From Candidatus Latescibacterota bacterium (lineage in GTDB: Bacteria > Latescibacterota > UBA2968), in the NCBI GenBank assembly GCA_965204745.1, contig OZ242010.1, positions 2,752,001 through 2,816,000 of the forward strand: a stretch of 64,000 bases of DNA. The letters are read 5' to 3'. The notes below the pieces were generated by a model. That model had not been told where the DNA came from and made no database searches. It saw nothing but the letters and a program-made list of their open reading frames with translations. How positions within the stretch are numbered: position 1 is the stretch's first letter; the number at the start of each line of letters is the position of its first letter. Made by a program: the position numbers and the translations under genes. Of the stretch, positions 45,757 to 53,924 are shown one piece after another.

Positions 45757-46686
45757 ATGTCCATTCTCGTCACCGGAGGCTCGGGCTTTGTCGGGGCGTG
45801 GGTTGTCAAACGCTTGGCCGAAGAAGGCGAAAACGTCATCGTCTATGACGTGTTTGAACGCCGAGATGATTTCTTGTCCCATGTTGCGGACCGCATCACC
45901 TTTGTCGAAGGCAATGTCTTGGGTCTCGCGCATCTCAACGACATTGTACGCAATGCGGTCGAACTCACGGGCATCGTCCACACCGCCGCGCTCTTGGGCG
46001 GGGATGTGCGCGACAATCCCCATTTTGCAACGCAGGTGAACGTGGGCGGCACGCACAACATCCTCGAAATCGCCCGTCAGGTCGGGGGGCTCAAAGTCGT
46101 CTATATCTCCAGCGGCGCGGTCTATGGCAAGCAAGAAGGCCCCCTGACCGAAGATACGCCGATGATTCCAAGCGACCCCTACGGCGCGACCAAAGCCATG
46201 GCCGAACACCTCTGCCACCAGTATTACGCGACTTACGGCGTGGATGTGCTGTGCGCGCGCATCTTCTTCGTGTACGGCCCGCCCAACGCGCCGGGGCCGG
46301 ACTCGGGCTTTAACACGCGCTTGTTCGCCGGGCTGCGTGGGCAAGACGTGCATCTGCCAAAGGGCCGCGACCAAAAAGCCGATTGGACGTATGTCGAAGA
46401 CGCGGCCCGCGGGATCGCGCTCATGCTCAAGGCGACCCATGTCGCGCAGCGATCTTTCAACATTGCGACCGGCACGTACAACCCGATTGACGAAATCGTG
46501 GAAGTCATCCAGCGGCACGCGCCGGGCAATCCGGCGTACGACATCGGCCCAGGCGTCAACCTCGAGCGCGGCGCGCCACTCGACATCACCCTCGCCAAAG
46601 ACCAACTCGGCTACGAACCCCAATACGACCTCGAAGCGGGCATCCGTGCGTACCGCGCTTGGTTTGATACGCAACGGGAATTATGA
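45757..46686 (+). CDS. NAD-dependent epimerase/dehydratase
   Basis: ILVTGGSGFVG, HTAA, SSGAVYG, YGATK, YVED. Confidence 0.9.
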   Translation: MSILVTGGSGFVGAWVVKRLAEEGENVIVYDVFERRDDFLSHVADRITFVEGNVLGLAHLNDIVRNAVELTGIVHTAALLGGDVRDNPHFATQVNVGGTHNILEIARQVGGLKVVYISSGAVYGKQEGPLTEDTPMIPSDPYGATKAMAEHLCHQYYATYGVDVLCARIFFVYGPPNAPGPDSGFNTRLFAGLRGQDVHLPKGRDQKADWTYVEDAARGIALMLKATHVAQRSFNIATGTYNPIDEIVEVIQRHAPGNPAYDIGPGVNLERGAPLDITLAKDQLGYEPQYDLEAGIRAYRAWFDTQREL

Positions 46687-46719
46687 CCGCCCCACGGAGA
46701 GGAGAGACCTCGTTCCCTT

Positions 46720-46767
46720 TGTATCTTTGGGCGAGCACGGGGCATCGTAGGCACAGGCGTAGCCTAC
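46720..46767. repeat. Composite of two REP-like hairpins
   Basis: gtatctttgggcgagcacggggcatc fused to gtaggcacaggcgtagcctac. Confidence 0.7.
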
Positions 46768-46798
46768 AACGCAACGAAGCAAAAAAAAGGAAAATACC

Positions 46799-47743
46799 AT
46801 GCCAAACAAAACCATTCGCTACTTGGACGATGGCAGTATCGAACTCATCGAACGGGATGTTCCGGATCCGGTTGCGGGCGAAATTCAAATTGCGGGCGGC
46901 GCGTGTGGGATTTGTTCGTGGGATGTGGCGACCGCCAAACTCGGCGTGCAAATGCACCCGATGGCGCCGCCCGGGCACGAGGGCGTGGGCTATGTCGCCA
47001 AAGTGGGGGCGGGTGTCATGGGCTTCAGAGAGGGCGACCGGGTCGCAGGAGGCGGGTTCGCGCTGATTCGCAACTTGTCCGCGCAGCGCGTTCACAAAAT
47101 CCCGGCATCGAACTTGCCGGACGAACACTGGATCGTCGAACCCGTGGCTTGCGCGGTCACGGGCATTGACCATTGCCAGATTCAACCTGGCTATCGCATC
47201 GCGGTGATCGGTTGCGGGTTCATGGGCTTGTTGATCCTGCAAGGGCTTCTCCGCCATCCCCTCGACGATTTGATCGGCTTGGACATCGCGCAAGGCCGGT
47301 TGGATATGGCGCGACAACTCGGGGTCGCCGAAGTCTATAATACGACGCAGGTGGATATGCCCGCCTTGGCGCGGGAACTCAAAGCCCGAGAGATCGACGT
47401 TGTGGTCGATACCTCGGGCAGTCAGGCCGGCCTGGACCTCGCCACTGACATCGTAAGACGCGGCGGGCGCATCAACCTCTTCGGCTGGCTCAAAGGTCAA
47501 ACCGCCACATTTGACCCCACAAAATGGCACTTGGGGGGATTCACCGTCGTCAACTCCGCGCCGGCTTCAAAACTGCGCGACACATTCGGGCCGGCGATTC
47601 GCCTCATCCACAAAGGCATCATCGACCTCAAACCGCTGGTGACACACACGGCCCCCCTCGAAGATTATCCCGCGCTCATGACCCGCATTGTAGCGGGCGA
47701 TGAGCATTACATCAAAGGCGTCGTCACGCTCGACCCAGAATGA
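46799..47743 (+). CDS. Zinc-binding (MDR) dehydrogenase
   Basis: GICSWD, GHEG, EPVAC, VIGCGFMG. Confidence 0.85.
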   Translation: MPNKTIRYLDDGSIELIERDVPDPVAGEIQIAGGACGICSWDVATAKLGVQMHPMAPPGHEGVGYVAKVGAGVMGFREGDRVAGGGFALIRNLSAQRVHKIPASNLPDEHWIVEPVACAVTGIDHCQIQPGYRIAVIGCGFMGLLILQGLLRHPLDDLIGLDIAQGRLDMARQLGVAEVYNTTQVDMPALARELKAREIDVVVDTSGSQAGLDLATDIVRRGGRINLFGWLKGQTATFDPTKWHLGGFTVVNSAPASKLRDTFGPAIRLIHKGIIDLKPLVTHTAPLEDYPALMTRIVAGDEHYIKGVVTLDPE

Positions 47744-47783
47744 CGCCAGGCGGCTGTCTCGCCTACTGAAAAGGACAAAAGAA

Positions 47784-50252
47784 ATGGCCCTCAAAACGAC
47801 AACGGACTTTGCAACGGGCAAGGCCATTCAAGCCGACAAGGCAGAGGAAAAAGTCCGTCAAGAATACGAACGAGTCTTGGTCCACGACTACGGCTATCGC
47901 AAGTCGGAGATAGACATTGAAGTGCCGATTCCACGCGGATCGAGTCAGAAAGATCGCGCCGATGTGGTGGTGTACGCCGCCGCAAAGGGCAGAGATCCAT
48001 CCGCCGATATTCTGGGCATTATTGAAACCAAGCGGCCCGGAGATACCTCCGGCAAAGCACAACTCAAATCGTACATGACGGCGACCTCAGCGGTTTGGGG
48101 AGTCTGGACCAATGGAGACAGCATCGAGTATTTCTGCAAGCCCTACGGTCAGACCGCCGTATCAGAGGGCTATCTCAACAACATCCCTTCGCGGGGACAG
48201 CGCGTTGAAGATGTGGGAAACCACAAAAAGAGCGAATTGAAACCTTATGGACGAGTGGAACTCAAGTTGGCCTTTCGGCGCATTCTGAATACCCTGTACG
48301 CAAACACCACGATCAGCCGTCGCGAGAAGCTCGGCAATGAGATGATCAAGTTGATTTTCGCAAAGATACGAGACGAAACGACCTATCCCAATCGCGTGCC
48401 AGCCTTCCGCGTCGGTTATGGCGAAGATCCAGAATCCGTCAAAGAGCGGATCGTCGCTCTGTTTCGAGACTCGGTCCGCGACCTGTCCCATGATGGCGTT
48501 TTCGATCAACGCGACACGATCACCTTAGATGCCAAGGGCGTAGCGTGGGTGGTCGGGCAACTGGAGCGGGGAAGTCTGGTCGAGACCCCTACGGATGTGG
48601 TGGGCGATGCCTTCGAGGTTTTTGCCGAATCCAAACTCGTGGGCGAGAAAGGCGAGTTTTTTACGCCGCGGGGCGTCATCGACCTCGCCGTGAAACTAAC
48701 CGGTCCCCAACCCGAGCAGACGGTCTGCGATCCGGCCTGTGGTTCGGGCGGTTTTCTAATCGCCACCATGCGCCATATTTGGCAATCGATGGAGAACGAT
48801 CCAAAATGGAAAAATCTACCGGAACTACAGTTGCAATCAGCCAAACACCAAATCGCTTCAAGGTGTTTTTTCGGCATTGACAAGGAATCCGATCTCGTCC
48901 GAATCGCAAAGGCGTACATGGCGATTTCAGGCGATGGACGAAGCAATATCGTCCATGAGAACGCGCTACACGAGGTGGCGGACTTCAACGACATAGCCAG
49001 ACAGCGGTTTATGGAAAATGGCAAGTTCGAGCAGTTCGATTTCATCCTGACCAATCCGCCTTATGGCACGAAGACAAAAGTCTTAAAAAACGAAGCTCAA
49101 AACTTTGAGTTGGGGCACAAGTGGTCCCTAAAAAATGGAGAATGGGTCAAGGGAAAGCCCCGAGAAACCGATCCTTATGTGCTGTTTGTGGAGCGATGTT
49201 TCGACATGCTCAAAGATGGCGGCACGTTGGCTATCGTCTTGCCGGAAACCGTTTTTCACGCGCCGACAACCGCGTACTTGCGCCACTATATGGCAAAGCA
49301 AGGCGATGTGGTTGCCGTCATCGGACTGCCGCATAACACCTTTCGCCCGCATTGCAATGCAAAAACCTGCTTGCTGGTGATGAAGAAAGGGACGGGGCGG
49401 AGGGATGAGCGGCAAACCGTCATCATGGCCGCCCCAAAGGAAATGGGACACAACCACCAAGGAAAAGAGATGTATCGGCCTGGCACGTTGGATGTGTGGA
49501 ACGATCTGCCCGTTGTCTTAAAAGAATTAGACGATCCTTCAGACAGCGAAAATGCGTTCGTCTTCACTGTGCCATGGAAAAAGATCGAAGCGACTGGGCA
49601 CCTCATCCCGCATTACTACGCCTACCGCCGCAAGCCAAAGTTGCCACCGCCTGGGCAAAAGTGGGTGCGATTGGGGGATCTCGTCGCCGAGGAGGTCATC
49701 GTTGCCTGGGACGGTCACGGATCGCCATCGAGCGCGGAAAAAGGAGAAGGCGACATTCCCTACATTCGCGTCGCGGACATCGTGAATTGGGAGCTATACC
49801 GAAACCCCACCTCGGGCGTCACGCTCGAAACTTATGAGAAACTCACGCGGGGAAAACCGCGTGTGAAAGCAGGAGACGTCATTTTCGTCCGCAGAGGTAG
49901 CTATCGAATCGGGACCGTGGCAATGGCGTCTGAGCGAGACGAAATGGTCGTCCTCACGCGCGAGTTGTTGACGCTTCGCGTGCAGGACAACGATTATGGG
50001 TTCACACCGCACTATCTCCTCGCGCTTATGTCGTCACAATTGGTACAAGATCAAATCGAGAGCCTCGTCTTCATAGATACCACGCTACCCAACATCGGCG
50101 ACCGCTGGCGAGAACTTTTGCTCCCCGTGTATCTAAAAAGGAATGAGATCGACGAATTGAGTGCCCGCGTGTCATCCGCCATCCAAAAGAAGTGGGCGGC
50201 CCAACGCGAGATTCAGGGTCTTCGCGCCGACATCGGAGGCCTGGTCACATGA
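47784..50252 (+). CDS. Single-chain restriction-modification fusion (HsdR-N-like nuclease + N6-adenine MTase + TRD; type IIG-like)
   Basis: EEKVRQ...ADVVVY...IIETK, WTNG; GEFFTPR, DPACGSGGFL, NPPY; C-terminal TRD-like IPYIRVADI and GDVIFVR. Confidence 0.8.
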   Translation: MALKTTTDFATGKAIQADKAEEKVRQEYERVLVHDYGYRKSEIDIEVPIPRGSSQKDRADVVVYAAAKGRDPSADILGIIETKRPGDTSGKAQLKSYMTATSAVWGVWTNGDSIEYFCKPYGQTAVSEGYLNNIPSRGQRVEDVGNHKKSELKPYGRVELKLAFRRILNTLYANTTISRREKLGNEMIKLIFAKIRDETTYPNRVPAFRVGYGEDPESVKERIVALFRDSVRDLSHDGVFDQRDTITLDAKGVAWVVGQLERGSLVETPTDVVGDAFEVFAESKLVGEKGEFFTPRGVIDLAVKLTGPQPEQTVCDPACGSGGFLIATMRHIWQSMENDPKWKNLPELQLQSAKHQIASRCFFGIDKESDLVRIAKAYMAISGDGRSNIVHENALHEVADFNDIARQRFMENGKFEQFDFILTNPPYGTKTKVLKNEAQNFELGHKWSLKNGEWVKGKPRETDPYVLFVERCFDMLKDGGTLAIVLPETVFHAPTTAYLRHYMAKQGDVVAVIGLPHNTFRPHCNAKTCLLVMKKGTGRRDERQTVIMAAPKEMGHNHQGKEMYRPGTLDVWNDLPVVLKELDDPSDSENAFVFTVPWKKIEATGHLIPHYYAYRRKPKLPPPGQKWVRLGDLVAEEVIVAWDGHGSPSSAEKGEGDIPYIRVADIVNWELYRNPTSGVTLETYEKLTRGKPRVKAGDVIFVRRGSYRIGTVAMASERDEMVVLTRELLTLRVQDNDYGFTPHYLLALMSSQLVQDQIESLVFIDTTLPNIGDRWRELLLPVYLKRNEIDELSARVSSAIQKKWAAQREIQGLRADIGGLVT

Positions 50253-50447
50253 CCATAGATGAATAGACGAATCCCGCACAACCCCCAAAAGCAAGAGGGG
50301 AGAGGTGAGACGCAAGACGGGAAAGGCGAAAAGCAACCACATAAGAACGCGGATGAGAGGTACGTAGGGGCGGTGTACAACTGCGATAGCAGTTCCCGAC
50401 AAGAAGAAAGGCGAGTCGTAAGGGCAATCAATAAACCCATTTCAACC

Positions 50448-51359
50448 ATGAAAACAGCTATCGACCAATTTCTCAACCACCTGTCGCGGGAGCGGCGGTT
50501 GTCCGAGCATACGTGCAAGGCTTATGCCACGGATCTGGACCAGTTCGCCGATTTTTTGCAGACGCGCGATATACGCCATCCGCAACAGATCGACCGAAAC
50601 GCCGTGCGGGGGTTTTTGGGCTTCTTGCACAACCGGGGATTTGGCCGGCGATCCGTTGCCCGAAAGCTGGCGGCGGTGCGTACGTTTTTGAGTTATTTGT
50701 GTACGTTGGACGATGCCGAGTATCCCCAAACCAGCCGTTTGGATCAAAATCCCGCGCTCGACGTGCGGCCGCCCAGGCAGGATAAGGCATTGCCCGTTTA
50801 TATTGACGTGGATGAGGCCGCACGGGCCATGTCCATCCCATCGCCCAACACGGTCTTGGGATTGCGCGACCGGGCCATCTTGGAATTGTTTTACAGCACG
50901 GGCATTCGCCTGCGCGAACTCGCGGGTCTCAAAACAGACGCGCTGGACTTGACCGACAAACTGGTGCGCGTTGTCGGCAAGGGCAACAACGAGCGGTTGG
51001 TCCCGTTTGGCGAACCGGCCCGAGTCGCGCTGGTGGCGTATCTGGCGCGACGGGGGGAATTGATTTCGCAACAGACCGCGGATCGCCACCACCTGTTCTT
51101 GGCGCGATCCGGACAGCCGCTCAGCCCAAGCGGGGTTCAAAGCCGCGTCACCCGGCACCTCGGCAAAGCGACCGGGCGCGCCTTGTCCCCCCACGCCTTG
51201 CGCCACGCATTTGCGACCCATCTGTTAGATGCAGGCGCAGATTTGAACTCGGTGAAAGAATTGCTCGGGCATGCGAGCCTGTCCACCACGCAGGTCTATA
51301 CGCACGTCAGCGTTGAACGCCTCAAAAAATCCTATCGAAAAGCGCATCCGAGGGCATAG
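50448..51359 (+). CDS. xerC: Tyrosine recombinase XerC
   Basis: RLSEHT..AY..DL, SVARKLAAVR, RDRAILELFYSTGIRLREL, GKGN.ER, HALRHAFATHLL..GADL..VKELLGHASLSTTQVYTHV, AHPRA. Confidence 0.85.
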   Translation: MKTAIDQFLNHLSRERRLSEHTCKAYATDLDQFADFLQTRDIRHPQQIDRNAVRGFLGFLHNRGFGRRSVARKLAAVRTFLSYLCTLDDAEYPQTSRLDQNPALDVRPPRQDKALPVYIDVDEAARAMSIPSPNTVLGLRDRAILELFYSTGIRLRELAGLKTDALDLTDKLVRVVGKGNNERLVPFGEPARVALVAYLARRGELISQQTADRHHLFLARSGQPLSPSGVQSRVTRHLGKATGRALSPHALRHAFATHLLDAGADLNSVKELLGHASLSTTQVYTHVSVERLKKSYRKAHPRA

Positions 51360-51504
51360 AGAAACAACTCCCGGCGGGTGGAATACTAGGTCGTGTTGAC
51401 ATTTTATTTTTTTGAGGTTACGCAGAGTAGCAAATGTGTTGCTTGTCTCAAGCGTTTGGTCCTTTGATGGCTTATCTCAAGGGTTGCTCTGATGGCATGC
51501 GCGA

Positions 51505-51776
51505 GGGGACCTATCCCCCGGCCCCTTTCCTGCGAGGAAAGGGGAGTAAAGTCCCTTTGATGGCTTAATCAATGGCTGTTTTTAAGAGCATTGCGCGAGG
51601 GCATAAAGCGATTGAAAATCCCTCACTCCATCCCTCGCAAAGCCCATCCGTGGCTGTTTTTAAGGGCGTTGCGCGAGGGCATAAAGCGATTAAATATCCC
51701 TCATCAATCCCCTCGCAAAACCGCTCACAGTTCCCCCCTTCCTCAAAGGAAGGGGGGGCTAGGGGGGGTAGGTCCC
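51505..51776. repeat. Element bounded by inverted palindromic repeats, with an internal ~78-bp tandem duplication
   Basis: gggacctatcccc..cccctttcc..ggaaagggg on the left and ccccttcc..ggaagggg..ggggtaggtccc on the right; tggctgtttttaag..gcgcgagggcataaagcgatt at 51573 and 51651. Confidence 0.6.
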
Positions 51777-51779
51777 GAT

Positions 51780-51890
51780 AAGGAGCGACTGTTCCAGTTT
51801 TTCAAACCGAGAGCATATTCTGCGATAGGGCTTGATTTTCTCGATAAACCGCTCAAGCCAGTTGCTTTGCTCGTAAATGTCATAATTGTA
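51780..51890 (-). mobile_element. IS5-family transposase C-terminal remnant
   Basis: Minus frame reads NYDIYEQSNWLERFIEKIKPYRRICSRFEKL, a degenerate Y..RN..ER.F.K.K..RRI.TR.EK signature. Confidence 0.6.
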
Positions 51891-51911
51891 CCCCGTTCCG
51901 CAGATCGTCCC

Positions 51912-53549
51912 ATGCTCGCCTATTTTTTTCTGCACTGGCGTGCGCTGGCACTTACCATGTGTCTTTTTGCCTGTGCGCGGCAGATGCCACCGCCGGGCGG
52001 GCCGCCCGATGAAATACCGCCCCGAGTGGTCGCCACAGTGCCCGCGGATGATTCCGTGCGCGTGGGATTGGACACCTCCATTCGCATTCGGTTTTCCGAG
52101 GCGATGGATCGCCCATCGGTCGAGCGCGCCGTGTTCGTGTCGCCGCAGGGTTCTGAGGAACCCGAGTTTCGCTGGCGTGGGCGCGAGTTGGAAATCCGAT
52201 TGTCCGATGGCTTGCAAGCGGACCGAACGTATCTGGTGACAGTGGGGCAGGAGAGCGCGGATGAATGGCGCAACCGCATGCACGCCTCGTTCAGCTTTGG
52301 ATTTGCCACCGGCGAGCACCTGAATCGCGGGGCAATCCACGGGCGGGTCTTGGCGGCTGACGATCAGAAGGGACAAATTTTTGTTTTCGGATACGACCTC
52401 GCGCTCGCATCAGCACCCGACCCGGGACGCGACCGCCCGGCTTATGTGACGCAACCGGATGAAGCCGGGCAATTCGTCTTGCCGCGCTTGGGGCCTGGCA
52501 CCTATCGGATCTTTGCTTATGGCGATCAAAACGCGGATCGCACGTATTCGCCCGGGGATTTTTTGGCCCTCCCGCCCGGGGATGTGGTGCTCGAAGATGA
52601 AGCGCGCGTTCGCTTGGGCGATCTCAAACTCGCGGTGCGCGACACGTCTGCCCCCGCGCTCCTCGCCATTCGCACCCCGGATCGACAGCACGTCTTGATG
52701 CGGTTCGACGAACCCGTGCGGATTTTCGCCGCGCACATGCCCCAACTCGCCATCTTGGACACGTATCGAGATACAGACTCAAGCGGCATAGGCTTGATAA
52801 CCGCGCCACAAACCCGGGGAAAGGAATACGATGTGCAGGTCGATCTCGCCGACCCATGGGGCAACCGCGACACCATTTACGCGACCGCAAAAGGCGATGC
52901 CACGCCCGACCGCCGCGCGCCCGAAGTGTTAGCCATCACGCCATCGCGCAATGCCGCGCATGTCTCGCCAAGTGCCCAGATTCGCATTGTGTTTTCCGAT
53001 GCCATGCGGTTGGATGCCGCGTCCCAAGTGTGGGTGGCGTCTGATTCCACAGTCGTTCCCGAGGGGCGGTTTGACTGGGACGCGCCCAACCAACTCGCGT
53101 TTGGTCCGGCGCGTCCTTGGGCGAGTGGGCAGACGGTTCGGCTCATCGGCAACCCGGATGGATTTTCCGATCTCGCGGGCAATGCGCTCGCGGACCCGAT
53201 TGTGTTCGTTTTTACGGTGATAGACACAGCGGCTTTGGGCCGCATTTCCGGAACCGCGTCATCCCCGGATGTGGTGATTTGGGTGCAGGGTTTGACGCAC
53301 GACTTTTTTGCACAACACGCTTTGCGCGATACTGCGTTTGAGGTGAGCGATTTGATTCCAGGCACGTACCGCATTTCCGGGTTTTTAGACCGAGACCGCG
53401 ATAGACGATGGATGGTCGGGCAAATCCACCCGTTTGTGCCGGCCGAGCCGCTGATAACGCATGCCGATACCGCAGAGGTGCGGCCACGCTGGGAGACCGA
53501 AGTCCGAAAACTAAAGCCGGAAATCCAGTGGCATGAGGGGCGTCCGTGA
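51912..53549 (+). CDS. Ig-like (Big_5) domain lipoprotein
   Basis: Lipobox-like LFAC followed by P.GGP.D..PP; IRFSEAMD; repeated Big_5-like units. Confidence 0.8.
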   Translation: MLAYFFLHWRALALTMCLFACARQMPPPGGPPDEIPPRVVATVPADDSVRVGLDTSIRIRFSEAMDRPSVERAVFVSPQGSEEPEFRWRGRELEIRLSDGLQADRTYLVTVGQESADEWRNRMHASFSFGFATGEHLNRGAIHGRVLAADDQKGQIFVFGYDLALASAPDPGRDRPAYVTQPDEAGQFVLPRLGPGTYRIFAYGDQNADRTYSPGDFLALPPGDVVLEDEARVRLGDLKLAVRDTSAPALLAIRTPDRQHVLMRFDEPVRIFAAHMPQLAILDTYRDTDSSGIGLITAPQTRGKEYDVQVDLADPWGNRDTIYATAKGDATPDRRAPEVLAITPSRNAAHVSPSAQIRIVFSDAMRLDAASQVWVASDSTVVPEGRFDWDAPNQLAFGPARPWASGQTVRLIGNPDGFSDLAGNALADPIVFVFTVIDTAALGRISGTASSPDVVIWVQGLTHDFFAQHALRDTAFEVSDLIPGTYRISGFLDRDRDRRWMVGQIHPFVPAEPLITHADTAEVRPRWETEVRKLKPEIQWHEGRP

Positions 53550-53923
53550 TGGCGACATTTTTGTATCGACTGGGCAGTGTTCTCGTCCTGTGCGCGGTGC
53601 TGTGCGCGATATTGATTCATCGTTTTACCGACCGCACCCCCGAAGACCGAGAGCGCGAACGCGCCCGCATTATGTTGCAACGCATCGCGGCCCTGCAACA
53701 CGCGTACCGGGCCGAACACGGGACGTATCTGCCGATTGATCGCGAAAACAACGCCCGCATTTTGCAACTCAATCGAGTGCCCGGGCGGTTTCGCTACCGG
53801 GTGGTCGTTTATCCAGATGGCTTCACCGCGTACGCCGAAGCGGGTTCTGACCGCGATGGCACAGCCGAAGTCTGGATGTTGGATGCCAAGGGCGTAGAAC
53901 CCGTGCTCAAAAATGGAGATTGA
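53546..53923 (+). CDS. Pilin/pseudopilin-like hypothetical protein
   Basis: N-terminal TM; ARIMLQRIAALQHAY....GTY and FTAYAE patterns; no prepilin cleavage motif seen. Confidence 0.5.
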   Translation: MMATFLYRLGSVLVLCAVLCAILIHRFTDRTPEDRERERARIMLQRIAALQHAYRAEHGTYLPIDRENNARILQLNRVPGRFRYRVVVYPDGFTAYAEAGSDRDGTAEVWMLDAKGVEPVLKNGD

Positions 53924-53924
53924 C

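Noticed and set aside
43926-45848. 640-aa plus-strand ORF and other long antisense ORFs (23558-24709, 26489-27709, 34242-35525, 58746-59936)
   Set aside because: Shadow frames opposite well-supported genes in GC-rich DNA; no recognisable motifs.
50448-51359. Prophage/ICE or integron integrase mobilising the R-M gene
   Set aside because: Motifs and length fit housekeeping XerC; no integron-specific insertion, att sites or phage genes seen.
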